Shown piece after piece: positions 1-11,928 of a DNA stretch of 64,000 bases. How positions within the stretch are numbered: position 1 is the first letter of the stretch; each line of letters begins with the position of its first letter. The notes beneath the pieces were generated by a model that had not been told where the DNA came from, searched no databases, and saw only the letters and a list, made by a program, of their open reading frames with translations. The translations under genes were made by a program, and so were the position numbers. The stretch comes from Psilocybe cubensis (Eukaryota): NCBI GenBank assembly GCA_017499595.2, contig CM039009.1:186001-250000 (forward strand). The letters are read 5' to 3'.

Positions 1-469
1 ATGAAACTGTCCCCTACCATGGACGCCAACACGTTATCAGGGTCGACCAGGGGATGAAAACCTATGTTGTCAGATTTGTCTTGATATGCGGATACCTTCG
101 TGAAATATTGGCTATGCGCATGGAAAACATTGAAACCCGTGTCTTTGTGAAGAACTGGGTCATAGCCGCTGACGCTGTCCGTGGGAAAATTGTTTGCAAA
201 ACGGAGGAAAACTTCTTCTAGCTTTTCCATCACCTTATTGAACACAATGTCTCCGAGTCTCGTGATAGCAATGGCGGTACGTAAATATGGTTGTTGCTTG
301 ACCGTTCTGTCGCGGCTGTAACAGTCCTCATTTGTAATTAATTCACCTCAATGGAGTGGACGTACGAAGCAGGCTTTGCCATTGGTGGTAGCATCTTGTT
401 GCTAACTATGCCTTGGAGTCTGAATATCACTTCGTCCATTGCACCGATATCCACGTCAAAGTTGGACAT
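1..469 (-). CDS. Conserved-looking hypothetical fungal protein, running off the window start (partial)
   Basis: Spliced frame MSNFDVDIGAMDEVIFRLQGIVSNKMLPPMAKPAS, phase-compatible GTACGT..TACAG intron (~317-365), then open to base 1 (RDRTVKQQPYLRTAIAITRLG...FHPLVDPDNVLASM). The true 5' end may lie further upstream. Confidence 0.5.
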
Positions 470-1570
470 ATTTATATTATATTATATATATATTATATTA
501 TTACAAAGCGTGACGCTGAATCGTAAAGACTCGTCATGCCACGCTCCGCGGTGGCCCACTAAAACAAGTGTAAGTGTTGGCTGAATAGCGTTACCTGTAC
601 TGCAAAACTAGGATGCTGGGACGTTTTCTTTTATCTATCCTGGATGTCTAGTGGAACCCTACATATGACGTTTTCCCTCCTGAATACAATGGCAAGAATC
701 TGACGGTTTCGATGAGCTGCAAAGCGAGAAGCACTTTGTGAGATCCTGGTTCCTTTCTAGAATAGTAGAATGTATGATGGAACTAGACCGACAGTCCTGA
801 CGTAGATGTCGATGGTGAGTGGTCATCGTGGTCGCAGGTATTCGCTAGTGCACAGACATGGAGATGCAATCACGTCTTCTATTAGGTTTCCGAGCCCCAG
901 GACGTTCAAATGACTGCAATTGAAGAAGTCCCACTTGGTAAGAACCATTCGCGTGCACCACGGTACCTCCGATGGAAGTTTCTACCTCCAGAAATGGTAG
1001 TTGTTCCTAGTGAGAAGATTGCGTCAAAGGAACCGAGACATGCTTCAAGGTATTCGAAAAATACCAGAAGGACCGATGCACCACCTTGTAGCCCTCTGGT
1101 TGAAGTGTGTCGGCTGCACCTCAAGTAAACACCCGATCGTTCCTTGTATTCGCAGAGCAGTCAGAGAAGTCTGAGGTCGGTCAATCAGCGCTGTCTATGT
1201 CAACCTTGTACTCACCTAAAGCCCTGTTTGCCGTCGTCATCGTATTTAAGTTGGAGCATATGGTAATGGCTGAACCTGGTCGATGTTGCGTGTATCCGAG
1301 TTAACTTCAAATTTCGTAAAATTTGTTGAGAGCACGGTAGTAATTCAATCAATAGAAAGCCCCCTGAAACAGAAAGCCCCACCACCCACCAAATCCGGCT
1401 ACCTACGTAGTAAATAAGCTAATGTTGCTTGAATGGATTCTTGCGAACTATGAATAGGAAGATTGAAGTGAGAATGAATAGTGTGAGGATCTTAAAATGA
1501 AATGAAGACCGAATATTCGTGGTGACACGAATTTCCGTAGTTGCGTAGGGCTTTGGTGGAGAGTCAAAAA

Positions 1571-1715
1571 CACTGCGGGCGTCGACTGCTGTAAGTTAAA
1601 CAAACAGGTATTTTATGTAAGTTCAGCTGTAAGTTCGACATACATCATGACTTACACTCAAATAATTTCCACAAAAGGAGAATATTTGAGTGAGTGTAAG
1701 TCGGCGCCCGCAGTG
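1571..1715. mobile_element. 145-bp non-autonomous TIR element (CACTA/CMC-EnSpm-like MITE)
   Basis: TIRs CACTGCGGGCGTCGAC (1571-1586) and GTCGGCGCCCGCAGTG (1700-1715), 15/16 match. AA on both flanks (possible 2-bp TSD). About five internal TGTAAGT motifs in both orientations. Confidence 0.6.
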
Positions 1716-1761
1716 AATGTGACCAGAGTAAGGAATTCCCTCAAAGGACAATAAATGGATT

Positions 1762-1792
<31 letters not shown>

Positions 1793-2741
1793 GACCAGAG
1801 GCGAAAGTCACGTGATTGACAACATGTTCCATGACGCGCTGAAGACGCGACCAGGATGAACAGTGGATGAACGGATTTGAAGAGAAAACGGGCCGCCAAG
1901 GGCCTGAGAGCTTGTGTCAAAATTACGCCCAAAGTTTAAACAAGAGTTCCGATGTGGCTGTACCAAACACTGGTAAGAGAGAAGAGGAGAGAAGGGAGAG
2001 GAGGATGGGATCAAAAAATTTCCCTAGAGAGATTTCGGAGACGAGGTCAAAGGACAGAGGAAAGGAAATCTCTGGAAGACAAGAGAGATCATATTAATAA
2101 CGCACAAAATTGAAGAAGGACATTTGAAGTTCAACAGGCTTCATGTCGCGAAGAGGACGATCAATTAACGAAGATCTCAGGGGAACTCTTTATCTTATGG
2201 CTGGAACAATTTACCTTTCTGGTCTTTGGTATTGTTCGTCTTTGTCAGCGGTTATACCCAGTAGAGAAGCCATCTGTCAAATCAATACTTCTGTGATGAT
2301 CCCTACATATACGTGCTCCAGGTGGACCAAAGTCGTCTCCGTGCTTCTCCAGCGCCCAGTCTGTAGACTGCGCCACAGAGCAGGTTTCCACTGATGGTGT
2401 GAGCATCTGGCCTCTTGTATGTTGTCCAGGGGCGATGAAAGCTTGCTTAACGTCACGTATGCATGTCAGAGATTTAGTTACTATTGCAAGCCAAAGTCTT
2501 GGCTACCAATTATGAGAGCGCATTGGGCAGAAGAGAACATTCCCAGAATCCTTTGTCCCATTTTCAACGCCTTCTGACCGGGATTGGGGCGCGACCATTA
2601 ATATGCCGAATACGCACGAAAGTTCAACAAAAATAGAGATCTATAATAGGGCACATGTCAGGTTCTATTGCAAGTCCGTGTCTTTCCTTCTCCGTAACTT
2701 GCCCTTTGACATCTCGTCACAGAGGTCGCTATCTCTCTACT

Positions 2742-4630
2742 ATGGATGCTTCAGTTTCGGCGGGAACGCAGGCACCGTTTCTGGGCTTTATGGTTGGTTC
2801 AATGTCTGTTCGCCATCCACCTTGCAGAGTGTAGCGCTATCTAACAATGATCATCCTTACAGACTGTTTGGCGGGACGCTCTTTCAGGCCTATTACTATT
2901 TCCTCAATTACGGAAATGACTCGAAGACGAGGAAACTTGTCGTGAGTTATATACATTGCGATGTAGAATTGACCCACAGTTGACATGGTATCAAGGTGCT
3001 TGCCGTGTGGTGAGTACGATCCTGCCGATGTCGTACACTCTGTTCACACTGTAGATGATCAGCATGCTCGATTGTCTGCACTTCTCGTTTTCGGCAATAA
3101 TGATGTGTTTTGCATTCACGACAACGACAAGATTTGAGAATCCGAATGTCGTATGGTCCGTCCTAATTCCTTAATATCCTCATCAACGATAGCAGTTTTG
3201 ACATGCGGTGGATCGTTTCGTAGGAGTCTGAAGGTGGAGTTAACGTATCAAGCTGTAGTTCTTTCTAACTGACACGATGATTGTGTGGATACAAGGGTTT
3301 ATCAACAACGGATGTATGTTTTCAATCACTAGTTCAGTGGGAAGGCACTCAATGTCCATTGCAGGCTTTATTGCTGGTTTTTGTTCAAAGGTGAGGCCAT
3401 AAAACCTTGCGTTCCTTTGGAGGTGCAACCCACACGTTGTTTAATAGCTTCTATCTACATTTAATCTGGGTTTGTGAGTCTATAGGTTATGATGATCATT
3501 CTTCGATCGGCTTAGAAGGTTTTTAGTGGCAGACAATATGGCGGTAGCAAAGAGGGTGTCTCGCGCTATCCAGGTAACCTCGAATAATTTTCTGCATCTC
3601 AGTATCTTACATTGACTTCGACGGTCAAATTCAGGCATTCTCTTTGATTACATTTTCGTATGCCATTGGTACGATCTCTACTTTTGTTAATCAAGCCGCA
3701 TTACCTGATACACAAACAATCAGGAATCGGTTCTGGTACGTCTTCACACTCAGCTTCCTGGTTAATGGAATTCTCAACCATTCTCCAACAAAGTTTTAAC
3801 CGTGTATATGTAAGTAGTATGGAGGCTATCATCGAAGTAACTGCTGATGCATGATATAATTTAGGGTCCAATTGTCTCAAGTATTTAACTTCTCCGTGTC
3901 ATTCAAGGTCAGTATTCTATATAAATCACAGACATGTTCATTCAATACGCGTATTTTTGGTTCTATACCTCATTTAGCAAGTTGTCTGCATTGCCATTGG
4001 ATCTACTGCTGCGATTGACACCTTAATTGCCATCATAATGACGGCCGTTTTGTACAAAATGATACCTCCCTCTCCGACTAGAAGGTGGATAAGACTTTGC
4101 AATATTCTTGGAGGCTTTATTGACACTGTCAAAACTCATACAGAGGGGTACATACGGTTCATCAGCTTGTTGTGTTTTTTATTTCAAGTGGGATGTTGAC
4201 TGCGTCAGTATTGGGCATGAAGAATTTGTACATTTACTGACGTCTTGCTGCAGTCTCTGCGCTGTCATAAGATTGGCTTTGGTATGTTGTATCAGCTTTC
4301 TCCTCCTAGCCACTCTCCCGACCCGACTTCTCCTGCAGTTTGCATCCGACCCGTCATCTACAATGTATCTTGCCTTGCATTTTGCGGTGCCTAGACGTGA
4401 GTTTGATGATCTCGACTTGTCAAATATTATTCACAGAATCTCCTTAGTATACGTGAACTCCATCCTGGCGCTGTGAGTAATTTTTAACCCTAAATTACCG
4501 TTGTAGGTACTGACACGCAGAATACCAATGTAGCTTTAACTCCAAATCTCGCTTGAAGAGTAGTATGGATAGTTCAGAGGACTTTCGATTGTCTAGCGGG
4601 ATACTATTTGGCGATTACTCTTCTGATTGA
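2742..4630 (+). CDS. Multi-exon polytopic membrane protein, DUF6534-like
   Basis: Exons MDASVSAGTQAPFLGFMVGS / LFGGTLFQAYYYFLNYGNDSKTRKLV / ...YVNSILAL / FNSKSRLK, many short GT-AG introns. Matches the family pattern LxG...QxYxYF and YxNSxLAxxN. Confidence 0.7.
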
Positions 4631-5431
4631 GTGTGTAAAGAACCAAGTAAATAAATTATAATTATAATTCATATGTACTTCTAACCAATACAATACCGTC
4701 TCGAGAACAAAACGGTCCAGATTAATGTATCCTATCCCCCAATGTCCTCCGGTATCTTACCAACAATCAATGTAGCCATCGGAGTGATATTGTCTCCGAA
4801 GGACGTGGAGGTTTAATTATAGGTCTTGCTCTCCTAAAGATCAACATATGTCCTGAAATGTGAAGATCATGACTGGGCGCTGTCCGTCTTCCGAGCGCCG
4901 GTCGAATGATCATCTTGTTGATTTTCAAGATATATCATGACATGCTTCCATTTCGACAATAGCTCATGAGGTACTGTTAAAATGGTCATGTTTGAGGTGC
5001 GTATATAATGTCGCACTGAAGCTCAGAATACGCCTACCGAAGTATTGAGACAATGTGTCAGAAAAAATGCTGTTCATTTCATTGCAAGGTTCGCCAAGAA
5101 ATACAAAAACATATCATACTGTCGTGGGGACCATGAGAAGTGGTACTAGTATAACCATCGTATGGATAGTGCGGGGACACCAATCTCTCACGCTTGATGA
5201 GTAATGATAACTATTGAAAATAGGTCGCGAACTATTAATTCCCATCCTTCTTTCCTGATTTATTTTTGTACTGATCATAGTGACCATTCAAAATATTCCT
5301 TTGAATGAAGAGCAGGGATGAAAGAAAATTTGTCCAATTTTTCTATTTTTCTGGGAACACAGAAGAAAATACATAGAGTTTCAAGACAGCGAAATGGTAA
5401 AATCTTAGTTAAAAGAACAAAATGTACCACA

Positions 5432-5846
5432 CTACTTGTCTTTGATAGGAAAGTCGGTGCCTGTCGCGCTCTTGTAACCACGGCGAATAACGTCCGAAAT
5501 TTGTTCATCTTTTGCTTGTTCGATTGCGCTCTCATTGTTCTGAGGGCCAGCTCCAAGGAACCTCTCCTGTACAAAGTCTACGCCTAGAGAAACGATGGCG
5601 TCAATAATCACTATTACTCAACGTGTAAAGCTACAATTTTGGATTGACCTTTGTCAAGTAAATCTACAAATGGGTATTGATTAGAAAGGAACATGTACTG
5701 TTTAAGTGGTTCATGCCTTCATTTTTCTCTCCAGCTTGCCCTCCGCCTAGCGCACCACTAACTTTATCTGTCAGTCCTCCCCCGGCTCCTGATGTTGCCT
5801 GTGCTTCTTTGTTTTGTCCGCCAAGCTGATTTTTCACAAAGTCCAT
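5432..5846 (-). CDS. Small Gly-rich hydrophilic fungal protein (often annotated DDR48-like/stress protein), 3 exons
   Basis: Exons 5846-5717, 5663-5649, 5583-5432 give MDFVKNQLGG...GEKNE-DLLDK-GVDFVQERFLGAGPQNNESAIEQAKDEQISDVIRRGYKSATGTDFPIKDK*. TATA-like TTTATAAA ~60 bp upstream. Confidence 0.8.
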
Positions 5847-6352
5847 GATGATGATGACTGTGGCTGGAAGGTGAGGTTGATGAGACTATCACGGTTGACG
5901 ACACTTTATAAATGGCTCCATCCTATGACTTAAACATGACGTTGCAAAGTTTCAAGTCCTAAAACGACCGCTACTCATAGAATCAAACCCCATCTTCACT
6001 CAATCCTTTTTGGCTAAGCACAACCAGTAAGAAAAATTTTGCTTTTGCAAAATTTTTCTTAAGCCAATGTACGGCTGGCAAAAGAATCGTCCCAAAGGCA
6101 AACGAAAGCCATTAACGTAGTCTCGAATCCAGACGTTGGGTGTGGATACCCAAATAAGGTATCTCGCCCAGTTTTGTTAGCCATCAGTAAAAAATGATGG
6201 CCAGGGCATCCCCCAGAACGTCTGGTGCAGTTCGATAGGCGGACCACCCATCCGTCACATTGTGACAGTTAGTAGCACATGCCCCACCAAACAAGTTGAA
6301 ACAACACGCATCGCGTTTCGTTTACTCGTTAATTACAACTTCATTGTGCCCT

Positions 6353-8970
6353 ATGCTCACTGATTCCAACGCGAATTCTGACCCCCATGAAGCCGTCAAC
6401 TCGCGATCTTACCGAAACCTCGATCTCGCTCGACAACTCGCGCACAGAAAATCAGCATATGATTCTCACGGCACCCGGTCAAGAATCCAAAACACCTTCG
6501 AAGACCGTTTTGGCCATTGTGCACACGATTGGCAGTTGGATGTGGCTGAGGCTTTAATTCTAGGGCTCGATACTGTGGTGATAGCTGGGACTGGATCAGG
6601 CAAAACAATGCCTTTCATGATGCCTTTGCTGCTTGAGCCTAGTAGCAAGGTAATCATTCTCTCGCCTCTCAAAGTTCTTCAGGAGGACCAGGTGCGTCAT
6701 TGTAATTCTTTCTCAACTACTCTATTTAATATCCATATAGGCCTCTCGCTTCGAGAAAATGAAGCTTACTGCAGTTGCAGTTAATGGGGATTCATGGAGC
6801 TATTCTCTACAAAAAGTGCGTGTACTTGCCTGTCTATGCAAAAAACTTGGAACCTAAATATCAGCATTTAGGGACTCGAAGAGAACCATTATCAGGGTAT
6901 TCTGGCCTCCCCTGAAATGTGCCTCAAGCATTCTGACTTCCGTCGCACATTAACCGCCTCGGAGTTCAAGGGAATCTGTGCAATTATTGTTGACGAAGCA
7001 CACTGTATCTCGCAATGGGGTGGCGATTTTCGAACAGCTTATGCAGAGCTTGGAAAGCTGAGAGCATTTTTTCCACCACATATTCCGATTCTGGCCACTT
7101 CGGCGACCGTTTCACCACAATGTCTTCGTGACATTCGCACGTCATTGGGAATTGATGCTGCCTCATGTTTCCATCTCAATCTTGGTAACGACCGTCCTAA
7201 TATCTCATATGCCGTTCACAAAATCAAGTCAACAAAGGACTTTGAGGCCATTCGGCACTATATATCCCAGTCCTGCAGTCCCTCCACACCCAATGAACTC
7301 CACAAAAGCATCATTTTTGTCAATTCAAAACTTGCTGCTCAAATCACCGCTCGGGAAATTCGGTCATGGTTTTGTAAGTCCATGCGCAAGTATGTTGACT
7401 ATTTGCACGCATTGCGAAGCCCTGGAGCTAAGCGTCGGGTTATGAGGCGATTTCGTCGAGGGAAGGTCAAACTTTTGGTTGCAACAGAAGCTGCGGGAAT
7501 GGTGCGTGATACCTTTATTATTCAGAACAAAATTTAATGTCTATATAGGGTGCCGATATCCCTGATGTTGAGGTTGTTGTTCAGTTCGGTGTTCCTGCCT
7601 CACTTTCTGTATGGATGCAGCGTGCTGGGCGAGCAGGCAGATCAATGGCTATCAACGCTCGTGCAATACTACTTGTAGAAAAGTCAATGTTTGAACGGCA
7701 AAAAAAGAAGCGTCGGCGCAAAGATGCAGTGCCAATGGATGCCGATCAGGAGCTTCTCTTGGATGATGAAGACGGCGAGGAAGATGTAGATGTTGAGGAC
7801 GAAGATTTGGAAGTTGATGAGGAAGTGTTCGAGTGGAAAAAAAAGGTTGATGATGTATTGAGGCGCTGGATTGAAGCAGAAGGGTGTCGACGAGACGTGG
7901 CTGATAAGTACTTTAATAATCCGGTTGCAAATCGTCCAGGTGAGTTATATTAATTAATTCAATTTCTACGCTATTGGTTTCTATCACTGACATGTGTGCA
8001 GCTCCAACTCATATCTGCTGTGACAATTGTCATGGCGCTATTGCCGCACACCGCCCTGCTACTCCACAATTACCACAAGATGGAGATAGTGTCTCTAGCA
8101 CTCCGCCATCATCACCTTCAAAAACGGCTAATCAAAATGGCAAAAGGATTATGTTACAAGGTCAAACACCTGCTCGCCGTACGAAGGACCATCTCAAACA
8201 TGCCCAAACAAGCATTCAAACATGGCGCCGTTGGATTGTGCGTGAAAAATACAGTGCATTTACTGATGCTGCATTTATGCCCGACTCGGTATTAAAAACC
8301 CTTGCGGGAAACTCTCGCATTCTGTGTGTATCAGATATGAGGAGTGCCGTTAGCTGGGCTTTCGTGGACCAACACGGTGAGGAAATTTTGCAAGTGCTAC
8401 ACCAAGTTGATACATTTGAAAAAACCCGCCGTGATGCTGAAAAAAAATCCAAAGCAGCAACCCGGGCAGCAGCAACGCAAGCCCGTCGAGTTGAAAGACA
8501 GTTGGCAGCAGATTTGGTTCGAGAAGATAAAAAGCGGGAGAAAGCACGATTGCGAGAGCTTGCCGCTGCAGAAAAGGAAAACATTCGACAAGCAAGAGCA
8601 GCCAGTTGAGCACAGATTGCTGCTGAAAAGGCTGCAGCAAAGCCACCGCCAAAACGGATCCGGCGACCACTTTTAAGTGGAATGTCAGTTCTTACTAATC
8701 TTAGTTCATCATCTTCTTCACCAATTCCCCCGTTTTTGTCATCACCACAAACCTTCTCAAATCTTCATGTGCGTATTAACAAGAGTTTGATTGTGTTATA
8801 TCTAATCTTGCATACAGTTTGAAACTCGCAATTTTGTACCCGAAAGACTTTTTGCCACACCCGATTATGTACTATCATCTTCATCGACAACCCCTTCTGA
8901 TGAGCTGGACAACTCGTCGTCATCAGCTGCTCTCCACCTTTCGGCCACAGATCTTGTAAAAGATCGATGA
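6353..8970 (+). CDS. RecQ-like superfamily II helicase of the AcademH element (multi-exon, in-frame TGA at 8607-8609)
   Basis: Motifs AGTGSGKT, DEAH-CISQWGGDFR, SAT, ATEAAGM/GADIPDV, QRAGRAGR, Zn-binding CRR...CCDNC and an HRDC-like tail. The frame continues past TGA 8607 and over an intron to a stop at 8968-8970. Confidence 0.85.
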
Positions 8971-11592
8971 CTGACCCATGCTGCTATTACTTTTCCTGCA
9001 TGTAGTTTATCCACACCCTTTCCTATATAATCTGCTGCTCGATCCTCTTTTTTTTCTATTTTTCGGCCTCAATGATATTTGTGATACCCTGATTCTTGAT
9101 ACGAGCTTCGCAAAGCAGCTATGTCTTTATCACGTAGTGGAACTGTGTGTGACTTACCCCGTGCTAGGGTTCCAAATTCTTTTTCAATATGGTCAGTCAC
9201 AAGCCGGATGATATGGATAGCGGGATGAAGTTTTTTGAAGTATTCCCATTTGATATTTGGCCCTTCAGACCGGTATGTCACCTTCATATCTTTGATATTA
9301 TGTTCCTGAGCTTTGTCGACAGCACAGAACATATTTGGCTTTCCTGTGGTGTTGATTACCCAGCAATGATGTCGCACAAAATCACTGTTTATTATTAAGT
9401 TGTTATTTCTTTTTAAATAAGTACAATGACGTACCAGACCTCAGGTGGCCATTCACGGTGTAATCCTTGGAGAAGTTCAATGATCTCCGTTGCATATTTT
9501 CCATTTCCGCCACCATGAAATTGGAAAAATAGGTATGGAAGCATATGTTCAATTAATCCCACATCACCGGATGAGATTGCATGGTCAAGAATAATGTACT
9601 GAAGTATGTCACAATTCCACATGATGATTTGCTGCAACTGTTCATCGCGATCTTCTTCCTTTCTGTGCTCCATGGCATTTAGAGCTTGGCTTGATGCACG
9701 GTGAACCAGAATATGTTTTGCATGGGTAACCAGCTCCAAAGGTGTGTAATTCCGAAGCTCTGCTATATTCCGTGCTTTGGTAACTTCCAACCAATCCTCG
9801 AGAAAGTGAGCTTCTGCTACTTCGTAAAGTGTTTCTTGAAGATCATGATGGAATGGGCCTTTTGTTTGCAGTTTTGATAAGCCTTTTTTCTGAAGAAGAA
9901 CAAAGGCCTGGTGCAATCCGCGTCCCTGGGTAGTTCCGAAATATTGTTTGTATAGCGAGTTTGCGAAGGCCATTTGACAGTGCAGCCAACCAAAGACAAA
10001 TATTGAAAAATCAAGTCTTTCAAAGCTATTGTTGTCTTCGGCATGAAATTTGAACAATCCTCGAAGCCGGTCAACTGTAAGCTGATCTCCGCACCATACC
10101 ATAAGCCGTTGCTGACCAGTTTTTTGATGTTCCTCTAATGTGTTCCACCCAAGCTGGCTAATCCATTCCCGTACGAGCCTCTCATTATCTTCGTAACTTG
10201 CTTTGGGAATATTAACTGTACCTAACAGATACTGCAAGGTACGGTGTGCTGGACCACAAGGCAGCGCATCAACTGGTGGTGGGGCGTTAAATAATGGACT
10301 ATTCCGAGCACCATAAAGTTTGATATTGAATTCCGGTGAGTCGAGGAGGAAGCGCAGGATATAATGTATTGCAAATTCTTGTAGACAGTTTGCTGATGAC
10401 TGCCCTAGCAGAAGAATGTCGAGAGCAGTAAGAGGATTTTTTTGGCCCTGAGCTCTATGTTTTTGAAGGTTTTTATTGGTGATTTCCGTAAACATTCTTG
10501 CGTCGCGCTTGAAATAGACAGTTGCAGCGGTTCCGTTTCCGAATTCACCTTGGTGGTCTAGACGTTGCGAAAAAACTCGAAGTGCAAGTTGTAAGTTATC
10601 ATATGAAAGAAGTGACGGAACATTATTGATTAATTCCTGCACTTCCTTCATGCAATTGGTGGATATTCGCTCGACAACATCACAAGTCCATTTGTGACTC
10701 ATGGTAAGTCCCATGGCATGGAGCGTATCAAATCCTTTTGCTGATATGCCTTTAAACTTCAGATATATTGCGAGGAGCTTTTGAAATCGGTTGCGGTGAT
10801 GGGAGCGAGAATACGAAAGAACCGATATAAAAATGACTTTAATCTGTAGGTAATATATTAGTCAAGTTGAGAGATTTTTAATGGTTGGTTTACCTTTTCC
10901 GATGATGTTTTTGTTTGATTCCGTTTTCTTTGCGAGTTACGATAAAGAAAGATGTCAAGCAGCTTCCATAGAGTAGGCATACTTTTCTCCATTTCAGCTG
11001 CAATCTTCTCAAAGCTGGTGTTTGTAAGAGTATTTTCCTCAACATCTATGGCTGTTGGTGATTTTAAAAGAGCTGAAATTTGTTCGAGCTCTTGATCAAC
11101 CTCCTTACCAATATGACCAACTGCAAATTCATGCATAGTTGGAAAGGCTCCTTTAGGACGAGCTTTGCTAGAGCCTGCCGGTCTTGGAGGACAGCACCAC
11201 CTATGGAGAATATCACCAAGCTTTGGAGAGTTCAATAAAAGACTTCTTTCTGTTCGGATTTTGGGATCTTGAGTGCATGCCATGTCGCCCCAGCTTAAGC
11301 CATCAAGAAAGTCAATTATCTTGAAGTTTTTTGAGTCAAGGTACTTGAGAACTTCTCTAACCTTGGGCTGAATGCTGGAGGCACTAGGATGCTCAAGTAA
11401 ATGTTCTTCTTCTATTTCGTACAGTGTGCTTTCAGAGCTAATGCTGAATGGAGTTTGTGGCATAACACCACTCGGAGAATTTGAGTTGGTATCTGTTGAA
11501 GAATCCGAAGAGGTTTCGAAGGGAGCTTCTGACTCCGAATCCGAGTCATTAGGCTCATTTCTGTTGTAGTCTTGGGTGTTGAAAATGTCCAT
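8865..11592 (-). CDS. Academ-type transposase (DUF6589-like), 3 exons, in-frame TGA at 9069-9071
   Basis: Motifs SYDN, GDQLT, GWLHCQM, GGGNGKYATE and VDKAQEHNIK. GT-AG introns near 10845-10892 and 9386-9435. The frame continues ~67 codons beyond TGA 9069 to TAA 8865. Confidence 0.8.
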
Positions 11593-11810
11593 GCTCAAGT
11601 TTAATGTGAAAGTAATTAGAAGAATTCACAAATAGCAGAAAATTTCTTCGGGCTATATCAACATGAGTACATAGGAATAATATTGTATCATAGTGAGTCC
11701 ATATCAGACACGCGACGCGCGACTTGGGTCTTTATTTGGTGTGACCTGATCACGAGTTGTGACGATGGGTGGTCCGCCTATCGAACTGCACCAGACGTTC
11801 TGGTGGTAGC

Positions 11811-11928
11811 TCGCGCCATCATTTTTAACTGATGGCATTGATCTCTGAGCGATTACCAAAAGAGGACGTCGCGCCATCATTTTTAACTGATGGCATTGAT
11901 CTCTGAGCGATTACCAAAAGAGGACGTC
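11811..11928. repeat. Perfect 58-bp tandem duplication inside the right TIR
   Basis: TCGCGCCATCATTTTTAACTGATGGCATTGATCTCTGAGCGATTACCAAAAGAGGACG starts at 11811 and again at 11869. Confidence 0.95.

Noticed and set aside
600-1310. Short ORFs upstream of the first gene
   Set aside because: Possibly degraded exons, but no consistent spliced model or recognisable family could be built.
1760-1792. T-run followed by a long A-run as a retroposon tail
   Set aside because: No TSD or element body could be identified. Treated as a simple homopolymer.
6353-8970. Host RecQ/SGS1 DNA repair gene
   Set aside because: It lies inside TIRs and a TSD together with a transposase gene.
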